Source: Pseudobdellovibrionaceae bacterium
GTDB lineage: Bacteria > Bdellovibrionota > Bdellovibrionia > Bdellovibrionales > Bdellovibrionaceae
NCBI GenBank assembly: GCA_041288045.1
Contig: JBGGMM010000100.1
Location: forward strand, 1 to 14,674
DNA: 14,674 bases
Reading direction: 5' to 3'
This document shows positions 1 to 6,905 of this stretch, piece by piece. The stretch's first letter is position 1. Every line of letters begins with the position of its first letter. The notes beneath the pieces were generated by a model. That model saw only the letters and a program-made list of their open reading frames with translations, did no database searches and was not told where the DNA came from. The position numbers and the translations under genes are program-made.

Positions 1-10
1 AGGCAAAGAT

Positions 11-56
11 AGTGCCAGCCCCGAAATTGCTGAATGACAATTTCGGGGCTGGCACT
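11..56. repeat. Perfect 19-bp inverted repeat (REP/REPIN-like hairpin) upstream of the Y1 transposase
   Basis: AGTGCCAGCCCCGAAATTG (11-29) is the exact reverse complement of CAATTTCGGGGCTGGCACT (38-56), with an 8-nt loop CTGAATGA. An outer pair AGGCA (1-5)/TGCCT (60-64) extends it across an internal loop. The left context is cut by the window edge. Confidence 0.9.
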
Positions 57-178
57 TGGTGCCTTCGGTTCACTTCGCTTTTCTTTCGACATCCGGACAC
101 TCTTTGCTCTCTCCTCTCACTGATTGGTCTTGAACCCTGCCGTGAACTTGCACTCCCTGCTTGTCATGGAGGCTTGCT

Positions 179-569
179 GGGGTATGGGTCAACAACTAGG
201 ATTTGAATTCGGAAAAGTTCACTGGAAATTCCGCTACACACACGGCGGGATCTTACGACAAAAACGCTTAGGTCGCGGTGCCAGGTCTTTATCTTCGAGA
301 GATCCTATTCATCTAGTACTCAAAGCCGATCGCCTTGGGATGCGCCGGGGGTTTCGGTCACCTCTCGCTTTTTCCATCTGTGAAAGAGTGCTCAAGCGCT
401 ATTCGAAAAAGTTCTTTGTGAAGATCGAACAAAAGGCCATTTGTGGAGATCACATTCATTTATTGATCAGAATCTCGAAAAGATCACTCGCTCAGCATTT
501 TCTAAGAGTTGTGGCAGGACAAATTGCTCAGGAATTTGGAAAGAGCAATCTCTTGCTGACCCATACCCC
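179..569. repeat. Long-range inverted repeat: arms 179-191 and 557-569 (13/13), extendable to 179-195 and 553-569 (16/17)
   Basis: GGGGTATGGGTCA (179-191, contains ATG184) is the exact reverse complement of TGACCCATACCCC (557-569). CAA/TTG extends it after one mismatch. GCTTGC (172-177) and GCAAGC (591-596) are also complementary. Confidence 0.8.
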
Positions 570-795
570 CCACCCAACTACGGGATCTGGGCAAGCTCAC
601 GGAAAAGCACAGAAAAAGAAGACCAAGCTTTGGAAATTCAGGCCATTCACACGCATCGTGAAAGGGTGGAAAGCTTATCTCACAGTTAGGAATTACATCA
701 GGCTCAATGAGAAAGAAGCCAAAGGTGAGATCAAGTACTCGAAGCAAAGATTGAGAGGGCTTTCGACAGCCGATTGGCAAGCTCTCTGGAGTTGA
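184..795 (+). CDS. HuH Y1 transposase, IS200/IS605 TnpA superfamily (REP-associated tyrosine transposase-like)
   Basis: Shows the N-terminal strand 'PIHLVLK', the HuH motif 'DHIHLLI' (His codons 451-453 and 457-459), 'LWKFRPFTRIV' and the catalytic-Tyr helix 'VRNYIRLN' (TAC 694-696). Start moved from 124 to ATG184 because GGAGG lies at 168-172; ATG166 is an alternative. No adjacent tnpB. Confidence 0.8.
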   Translation: MGQQLGFEFGKVHWKFRYTHGGILRQKRLGRGARSLSSRDPIHLVLKADRLGMRRGFRSPLAFSICERVLKRYSKKFFVKIEQKAICGDHIHLLIRISKRSLAQHFLRVVAGQIAQEFGKSNLLLTHTPHPTTGSGQAHGKAQKKKTKLWKFRPFTRIVKGWKAYLTVRNYIRLNEKEAKGEIKYSKQRLRGLSTADWQALWS

Positions 796-804
796 GGGGA
801 AAAT

Positions 805-1344
805 TCAGGCCTCGGAGTTTGGTGTTCGTTCTTTGGTTGGAGGGAGTGCAAAACCAAAATGGTTCTTCGCTGCTTCATAAGTATTATAAACGATCGGGCA
901 GACGCGGGTGTTTTCGACGATGTGCCAGCCGCGGCCGATCATGTGGGAGTTTTCCATATGGGGGTAGCTTCGACAGGTTTCGGGTCTGTGTTCGTAGACG
1001 GAGCATTTGTTGGCTTTTAGGAAAGGGCAGGGTCTTTGTTTGAAGACCAAGTCGCCTTCGAAATCTTTTTTTAGATATTTGGTTTTGAATTCATAGGGGC
1101 TGATCTGGAGGCCATCAGAAAGTCGTTTGATGTCTGTGGATTTGGGAACGATTGCTAGGCTTTTGCAGCAGATGGCGCATTCGGTGCAATCGATTTTTGC
1201 TGAGACTTGGCGGCTGAGTTGGTCAAAGGCATGGGCGACGGTTTGAGAGTCTTTGGATTTGAGCCAGTGGCGAAAGCGCTGGTTTTCATCCCATTTGAGA
1301 TTTCCAAGTGCTTCAATTTTTTTTGGGTCCAAGATCAAATCCAT
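805..1344 (-). CDS. YkgJ/UPF0153 family CxxCxxCC cysteine-cluster (putative Zn/Fe-S-chelating) protein
   Basis: 'CTECAICC' followed by 'PCPFL..NKCSVYEHRPETCRSYP', the canonical 8-Cys signature of this family. Confidence 0.9.
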   Translation of the reverse strand: MDLILDPKKIEALGNLKWDENQRFRHWLKSKDSQTVAHAFDQLSRQVSAKIDCTECAICCKSLAIVPKSTDIKRLSDGLQISPYEFKTKYLKKDFEGDLVFKQRPCPFLKANKCSVYEHRPETCRSYPHMENSHMIGRGWHIVENTRVCPIVYNTYEAAKNHFGFALPPTKERTPNSEA

Positions 1345-1358
1345 TTGAACCTGCCTCT

Positions 1359-1378
1359 GGCTCCGAATCGACGGAGCC
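1359..1378. other. 7-bp GC-rich hairpin in the leader of the YkgJ-family gene / end of the gliding operon
   Basis: GGCTCCG (1359-1365) pairs with CGGAGCC (1372-1378) around a 6-nt loop. There is no U-tract on either side, so it is not a classical intrinsic terminator. Confidence 0.5.
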
Positions 1379-1386
1379 CTGCTCTT

Positions 1387-1414
1387 AGGATAACGAGCTT
1401 TGAAGGAGATTCAA
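1387..1414 (-). promoter_or_regulatory. Putative sigma70-type promoter for the YkgJ-family gene
   Basis: The minus strand reads TTGAAT (1414-1409), a 16-nt spacer, then TATCCT (1392-1387). This lies about 40 nt upstream of ATG1344, within the 88-nt intergenic gap. Confidence 0.45.
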
Positions 1415-1432
1415 GCGGAGGTCAGAAAAGGT

Positions 1433-2077
1433 CTAGTCCTTCACTTCAGCCAAAGAACTGTAGTTGTCGTTGAGCTTTTGTTGGCGCTCAACTTCTTTTT
1501 GCCAGCGAGAGACTTCGCCCTGGTAGCCGCGTTGTTTGGTTTTCCATTCGGCTTCCTGCTGATTCAGTGACTTGGAGCGAGCGTCCAGATCTTTCACCGA
1601 TTTGGCCAGCTGTTCGCTGCGTGATTTCCAGTCAGTTCGCTCTTTGGCAATTTGCTTTTGCTGCTCTTGATAGTTCTGAATATTGGCTTGGCGCTTAGTT
1701 TGATTGTCCTTCAGTTGAGTGATCACCCGAGTGAGCTCCTGGATTTTCTGCTCTTCAGCTGCCATTTCTTTTTGCTCAGTCTGGATCAGCTGATTGATTT
1801 CGGCTTCACCTTTTTCAAAAGACTGAAGCTTTTGATTGTTTTCATTTAGAGCTTTGGCCGCTGTCAGTTTTTGCTCATCGACTTGCGATTTGGCTTTCGT
1901 GACCTCGGTGGCATTTTCCTCGACGATCTTGAGATTCTTTTTATAATCTTCCAAGTTCGCTCTTGAATTGCCCAGATTGCCCTTGAGCTTGTTCAATCCA
2001 TCTTGCGCCGTTGTCTGCGCTTGTGCGAAAGAGACCAAGGCCAAGCTGCAGATAAGAGTTGTGAATTGTGTTTTCAT
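1433..2077 (-). CDS. Secreted long coiled-coil protein of unknown function (last gene of the operon)
   Basis: Sec signal peptide 'MKTQFTTLICSLALVSFAQA'. The mature part is a continuous Q/E/K/L-rich heptad sequence without Pro. It starts 15 nt after the gltC-like stop, with a GGAGA RBS. Confidence 0.8.
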   Translation of the reverse strand: MKTQFTTLICSLALVSFAQAQTTAQDGLNKLKGNLGNSRANLEDYKKNLKIVEENATEVTKAKSQVDEQKLTAAKALNENNQKLQSFEKGEAEINQLIQTEQKEMAAEEQKIQELTRVITQLKDNQTKRQANIQNYQEQQKQIAKERTDWKSRSEQLAKSVKDLDARSKSLNQQEAEWKTKQRGYQGEVSRWQKEVERQQKLNDNYSSLAEVKD

Positions 2078-2092
2078 ATTCGTTCTCCGTTT

Positions 2093-4255
2093 TTAATTTC
2101 CATGCATATTTGACGAGAGCTTGTCTTCAGGAGGGCAGACATTCTTCAGTGAAGAACGGAAGTGCCCCAGCTCATCTTCCCAGATTTCACCGCGGAAATC
2201 CCAATTGAGATCTTTTCCTTTTTCGACTTTCAGTTCAGGTCTTTCTTTCTTGCTGATATCGCCGCCAGCCATTTGATAGCGGATGTGATCGCCAGCGCCC
2301 GAGTACAGTTCATACTGAAGGACTTCAGATTGATCCAAAGTATCGTTCAGTTTTGTAACCATCTGATTGAATCGAGCTTTGACAGCACGGCCGGCATTGC
2401 TGCGATAGCGGGTCTTTTCTTGATCCAATCGGGCCAGCCCCTCAGTGCGAAGATCTTTGATCGAATTTCTGGCTTTCTTGGCAATGTAGTGCTCGATTTT
2501 TTGCGCCATCAATCGCTTTTCTTGATAAGCATAGTCTTCTTTGTAAGAGCTCTTATCGCTGGCGGCATCCATTTTCTTTTTGATTGAAATCAGTTGAGCT
2601 CGAGCATCGTTTTGCGCTGTCAGTGCTTTTCGCTCGGTTCGGATCAAGCCGATGCTGATTTGATTCACTTTTGTCACTTGGTCTTCGACCGAGTTGATCA
2701 TTTTCTGCTCGAGAATGAAGCTTGGATGACGAGTCAGCGAGAAAATGAATTCGCGAGGCAATCCATCCACAGTCTGAAGATCTGGATTCTTAGCCCAAGT
2801 CTTCACAGTGTCATAGTAATTCACGCCGTCTTTCATTTTCGTTTCGTAATCTTTCATTTGCTTCAGCACGGGTGTGTACTTTTTCTTAAAATCATAAACG
2901 ACTTTGGCGCCATCACCGTATTGGCAGAGGTTCAAGTAACCCACTGTGCGCACAACGTATGACTCAGGAGTGAAAGCTTTTTTAAAGAAATCCGTGTGCA
3001 AACTGAACATGTTGCCGGCAGCACCTTCGTAGTCCTCTGAAAGAACCTGGCTCCAGGCCTGTTCGATCATGGCTTGCATCCATTCCGGATGAGTTTTATC
3101 GACCTTTAAATAATTGGCAAAGGCCTCTTTGTACTGACCCGCTTGAAAATGCAGACGGGCCAGAGTCAAAGCGACAATCGATCTGAATTCAGATTTGGGT
3201 CTTTTCTCTTCCACATCTGCAAGCACAGTCTGTTGCAAGCCGATGGCTTCTTGGACCTGATTGCCCCGATAGAGGATCAGAGATTTCAAGAAGAGCGCAT
3301 CAATGTAAAGAGGGGAGTCCATCAGAATTTCATCGACACCAGAAAAAGCTTTGGTCAGATCGCCTTTGTCCAAATAGTATTTGGCGCGATTCATTTGGTA
3401 TTGATCAGCTTTCTCCAGTTCAATATTGAAAGCTTCCAATTTTGGATCCAGAACAGGCACGAGCTCTTTATCACCTTCAGCGGCATTTTTTGCCAAGCTG
3501 TAGGCGGCTTTTTTCTGCCATTCAGGGCTCTTGTCTGAAAGAACCTGAAGCATTCTGAATTTGTATTCGGAGTAAAGCCCCAGTGCTTTCGAAGTCAAAG
3601 CCAAGAGGTAAGTGGCTTCGGTTTTAACTGATGCATCCTTTTCATCCAAAAGCTCGGCGAAAAGGGCCAGCGCCATGTTGTAATTCTTTTTGATTTCCAA
3701 AAAGATCAGTGCCTGAAGCATCTTCATTTGCACTGGTGGCATCTCGTCGATTTTTTTCAAATCTGGCTTTGGAATATCGGCAGTCGTCGGAGTGGTCACT
3801 GGCGCAAACTGTGGAATATCCGGAGCCATCGCACCAGGATCGATTTTCACAATTTGCTTGGGCCCTGCCGCAGGAGCGACGTTTTTGAGATTGTATTTCT
3901 CAATGGAAATCGGCGCCACTTTCGGAAGCTGAGTGATTGTGAACGTTTTAAATACTTTTTCTTTTGGTATTTCAACTGGAGCGATTTGTGAAGCTTTGAG
4001 CTTGTCTTCTTCGCCCAGATTCAGGCGAGGAATGTTCTTGACCCGAACTGGCTCCAGTTTCCCATTGATCATTCGTTTTTGAACGAGATCAAACTGAGGG
4101 ACATTGGATTGTTTGAGCTTCAGCTCAGAGCTGGGAGCCCGTCCTTTTTTCTGAGTGACCAAATCCGCAGCCTCAGCAACTTGAGTTGCCGCGAGGCCAA
4201 GGATTGCCAATCCCGAAATCACGATCCGTTTTGTGTGCTTCTTCTGTGATTTCAT
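2093..4255 (-). CDS. gltC: GltC-like periplasmic TPR protein
   Basis: Signal peptide ending in 'QVAEA', then a Pro-rich N-terminal linker and TPR arrays. Has 'AAGNMFSLHTDFF...PESYVVRTVGYLNLCQY' and a C-terminal 'WDFRGEIWEDELGHFRSSLKNVC', resembling the GltC W-x-F-x-GE-x-W-x-DELG tail. It follows the beta-barrel gene, as gltC follows gltA in Myxococcus. Start moved to ATG4255 (RBS GGGAGGG at 4262-4268). Confidence 0.75.
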   Translation of the reverse strand: MKSQKKHTKRIVISGLAILGLAATQVAEAADLVTQKKGRAPSSELKLKQSNVPQFDLVQKRMINGKLEPVRVKNIPRLNLGEEDKLKASQIAPVEIPKEKVFKTFTITQLPKVAPISIEKYNLKNVAPAAGPKQIVKIDPGAMAPDIPQFAPVTTPTTADIPKPDLKKIDEMPPVQMKMLQALIFLEIKKNYNMALALFAELLDEKDASVKTEATYLLALTSKALGLYSEYKFRMLQVLSDKSPEWQKKAAYSLAKNAAEGDKELVPVLDPKLEAFNIELEKADQYQMNRAKYYLDKGDLTKAFSGVDEILMDSPLYIDALFLKSLILYRGNQVQEAIGLQQTVLADVEEKRPKSEFRSIVALTLARLHFQAGQYKEAFANYLKVDKTHPEWMQAMIEQAWSQVLSEDYEGAAGNMFSLHTDFFKKAFTPESYVVRTVGYLNLCQYGDGAKVVYDFKKKYTPVLKQMKDYETKMKDGVNYYDTVKTWAKNPDLQTVDGLPREFIFSLTRHPSFILEQKMINSVEDQVTKVNQISIGLIRTERKALTAQNDARAQLISIKKKMDAASDKSSYKEDYAYQEKRLMAQKIEHYIAKKARNSIKDLRTEGLARLDQEKTRYRSNAGRAVKARFNQMVTKLNDTLDQSEVLQYELYSGAGDHIRYQMAGGDISKKERPELKVEKGKDLNWDFRGEIWEDELGHFRSSLKNVCPPEDKLSSNMHGN

Positions 4256-4278
4256 AAAAATCCCTCCCAAACTCCTGA

Positions 4279-5106
4279 TTAGAAAAATACTGTTAAACCA
4301 AGGAGAACGGTTGTGTCTTGTTGGGTAAAATCACCCAGTGGTCGATCCGCTTCTGTTTGTCCAGTCGCCGTGTTGATGAAATATCTTTCTTTGTCCTGCT
4401 TGCTCCATTTGTTTTTGATATCAAAGCGAACAGCGAAATGCTCATGGAAAAAGAGCTGCTGAGTGATATCAAAATTATACCCAATGGTCGTTTTATTTTC
4501 TGCAATGAGATTTCTTGAGCCAGTGGCAGGGTCAAAGGGTGCAGACTTCTGAATTTGATAATTCATTTGGCCGACACCGACAGCAAATTGCATATCAAAG
4601 TACATGATCTTTCGATCCCAAAAACTCATTTTCGCATAGAAGGGAACCACGATCATGTTGAGCGATGTGTAAGATTCAAAAGTGTTGTAATCAGGTGCGA
4701 ATTCGTTCTGATTGATGAAGGCATCTGTTGAATCGTTGTCCTTCAAGTTTCCGATCTCATGCGCAACTTCCACACCCCAACGCTCGTTGAAGTAGTAGCC
4801 AACAGAAGCATTGGTCATTCGGCCATAAGAGTAAGCATCATTCACCAAAGGTCCGTAACCAAGACTGACGAAAACCTTTTTCGCTTTCGAATAGGTTCGG
4901 TTCTGAACGACGCTGAAATCAGCATCCTTCGCAGACCAGTATTTGTCTTCGAGTTTTTTCAGATCCAGTTTGTCAGATCCACGGTCGCTCTGTGCTGGGG
5001 GTTGTGACGTCCCCTGAGCTGGCGTCTGTGTTTGGGTCTGAGCTTGCGCTTGCAGTCCCAATGCTGTCACGGTTGCGATGGCCGCAACATACCACTTCTT
5101 CATCAT
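4279..5106 (-). CDS. GltA/GltB-family outer-membrane beta-barrel protein
   Basis: Signal peptide, 'FSVVQNRTYSK' N-terminal motif, 'VPFYAKMSF...IMYFDMQFAVGVG', alternating beta-strands and a C-terminal aromatic BAM signal 'LLGLTVFF'. RBS GGAGG at 5112-5116; start is ATG5106 or ATG5103. Confidence 0.8.
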   Translation of the reverse strand: MMKKWYVAAIATVTALGLQAQAQTQTQTPAQGTSQPPAQSDRGSDKLDLKKLEDKYWSAKDADFSVVQNRTYSKAKKVFVSLGYGPLVNDAYSYGRMTNASVGYYFNERWGVEVAHEIGNLKDNDSTDAFINQNEFAPDYNTFESYTSLNMIVVPFYAKMSFWDRKIMYFDMQFAVGVGQMNYQIQKSAPFDPATGSRNLIAENKTTIGYNFDITQQLFFHEHFAVRFDIKNKWSKQDKERYFINTATGQTEADRPLGDFTQQDTTVLLGLTVFF

Positions 5107-5144
5107 AACCGCCTCCTAGGCTGATTCTGTCTTATGCCGTAAAC

Positions 5145-6611
5145 TTAGTTCGTGCTCTTAAAGAGGAAAGGATAAGTCACGAGGACTTTGGTCCCACCCT
5201 CCGGTGCCGGAAATTTCCATTTTGCAACTCTTTGCAGAATACATCCCTCGACGGTTGCATTTCTTAAAGTACTATCACCAATTCTTTGTGTTTCAACTGA
5301 TCCACTGCCAGCGATTGTGAACTTGATCCCGACTTTTCCGTAAAGATCCGGATTGGCCGAAAGCTGTCGTTCGTAGCAGTAAAGAATTTCACCTAATTTA
5401 GAGCGGATGTAAGCCGCGATGACTTCACGATCCAATCCGCCGACCACATCGCCTTCATCTTCAAGCAAACCAACACCACCGGATCCGGTTTTACCTGCGG
5501 CCATGGTGCCCATGCCACCAGTTCCCTGACCACCGGCTTTTCCGTTGGTAGAAATCGTGATGCCAGTGCCTTTACCTTCTGCGGACCAGTCTTTTCCAGA
5601 TTTGTTGATAGATCCCAATGCAGCTAGTGCTCGCCCAGTCGGAGCCGTTCCGGCAGCCACACCGGAAGTCACAACCACATTGGCTGATCGAGCAGCCACA
5701 GCCGAAATTTTTCCGACCAGAGAGCTGATTCGGCCACTCGCCAAGCTCTTGATCATGCTTGCCGCTTTGCTGGAGCCAGTGCCTTTATTCTTAGGAGCAG
5801 CAGCTTGTTGAGGCTTCTGATCCGGTTGAACTTCTTTCGGAGCGCTTTGAGCTTGTTTTTTCGGAGGTTTCGGCTGCTGTTCCAAACGGATTTCCCGAGG
5901 AGGAAGAGCCGTTGTCAAAGCATCATCCAAAGTTTCTTGCTTGGGGCTGAAAAGAAACAACAAAGCCAGAACCAAAGCACAGGCCAAAGTGAATGCGAGC
6001 GATTTTCGTCCGTCTTCATCGACCAGATCTTTTGGATTCATGTGTTTGAGAGCTTGCACATCGGTCAAATAAACTGTTCGTTGCGAAACTTCCAAATGTG
6101 CAATCGGAGTTTTCTTCCACTCGGTCGCTTTTTCGGGAGTGAACTTGGTGCGAGTGGGATCGTATTGAGAAACGAAAGTTTTGTGAACAGGAATCAAAAC
6201 TGTTTCCAGCAGAGTGCTGCCAGAGTAAACAGTGAAAAGCTGAAAGGGGTGACGACCAGCGCCCGAATGAGCCACATCGCCTTCAAGCCGAGAGAAAAGG
6301 GCGGGGCGGCCTTCCATCACTTTGATGTGCAAAGTCGTTGTGCCCAAGCGGATTTCAGAATCCTTCTCGATGCACATTTCGGTTTTGCCATCATTCATTT
6401 CTGAATGCTTGGTTTGCAAATCCAAATTGACGTAGTGCCATTTGTCGTTTTTGTATTCGAAGACACCCTGGATCCCTTTGATGGAATCCACTGTGGTGCG
6501 CAGATCGGCATGCTTGGAATTCCCGAAAGTGAGAACACCTTGCTCTGATCGGAGCTTCCACGTTTTCACAAGGCCCGTCGGACCTCTATGCTCAATCAAA
6601 AGATTCTGCAT
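5145..6611 (-). CDS. gltG: GltG/PglI-like inner-membrane energy transducer (degenerate FHA - TM - linker - TonB C-terminal-like AgmX/PglI domain)
   Basis: FHA-like N-terminus ('VLTFGNSKHADL...EIRLGTTTLHI'), one TM ('LAFTLACALVLALLFLF') and a Pro/Lys then Gly-rich periplasmic linker. The C-terminus is 'GGLDREVI...YCYERQL..NPDLYGKV...VEGCI...WKFPAPEGG..V.VTYPFLF'. Confidence 0.85.
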   Translation of the reverse strand: MQNLLIEHRGPTGLVKTWKLRSEQGVLTFGNSKHADLRTTVDSIKGIQGVFEYKNDKWHYVNLDLQTKHSEMNDGKTEMCIEKDSEIRLGTTTLHIKVMEGRPALFSRLEGDVAHSGAGRHPFQLFTVYSGSTLLETVLIPVHKTFVSQYDPTRTKFTPEKATEWKKTPIAHLEVSQRTVYLTDVQALKHMNPKDLVDEDGRKSLAFTLACALVLALLFLFSPKQETLDDALTTALPPREIRLEQQPKPPKKQAQSAPKEVQPDQKPQQAAAPKNKGTGSSKAASMIKSLASGRISSLVGKISAVAARSANVVVTSGVAAGTAPTGRALAALGSINKSGKDWSAEGKGTGITISTNGKAGGQGTGGMGTMAAGKTGSGGVGLLEDEGDVVGGLDREVIAAYIRSKLGEILYCYERQLSANPDLYGKVGIKFTIAGSGSVETQRIGDSTLRNATVEGCILQRVAKWKFPAPEGGTKVLVTYPFLFKSTN

Positions 6612-6620
6612 ACTTCACCT

Positions 6621-6905
6621 CTAGCGAACGTATTGAGCGGATTCCCGAATTCTCGAATCCATGTCCCGTTGCACATCGTGCAAAGGCATGAACTTGATCC
6701 CGCGTTTTTGCACGAGATAAGCTCCGTCAGGATTCCTTACGGTTCCCTTCAAATCCATCTCAGCAAAGTTGACCTCTTGCACTTTTCGGACGGTCTTGGA
6801 CTTTGCCTGAGACAGATGACCGGAAAGTGCAACTGTTAGCCCTAAGACCAGGGCTGTCAGTCGGATAAAGGTCTTGTTGTTGTTGGTTCGTGCTGTTGTT
6901 TTCAT
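6621..6905 (-). CDS. gltF: GltF/CglF-like small exported protein
   Basis: Signal peptide, then 'EVNFAEMDLKGTVRNPDGAYLVQKRGIKFMPL', resembling the GltF pattern (IDF-x-D-x-x-I-x-G-x-x-x-x-P-x-G-x-Y). Located directly before gltG, with an ATGA overlap with the upstream gene at 6902-6905. Confidence 0.75.
   Translation of the reverse strand: MKTTARTNNNKTFIRLTALVLGLTVALSGHLSQAKSKTVRKVQEVNFAEMDLKGTVRNPDGAYLVQKRGIKFMPLHDVQRDMDSRIRESAQYVR

Noticed and set aside
12..206. 64-aa ORF over the hairpin, and the longer 124 start of the transposase
   Set aside because: The ORF starts at a GTG inside the inverted repeat, with no RBS and no recognisable motifs. The transposase has a better start at ATG184 behind GGAGG.
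922..936. GTGCCAGCCGCGG resembles the 16S rRNA 515F site and shares 9 nt with the hairpin arm (12-20)
   Set aside because: It lies within the YkgJ-family CDS (antisense of the codons for 'GRGWH'). There is no other rRNA similarity and no partner arm, so a 9-nt match is compatible with chance.
5440..5700. Gly/Thr/Ala-rich stretch with recurring ACC/GCC triplets
   Set aside because: This is the low-complexity protein linker of the GltG-like protein, not a DNA tandem repeat or array.
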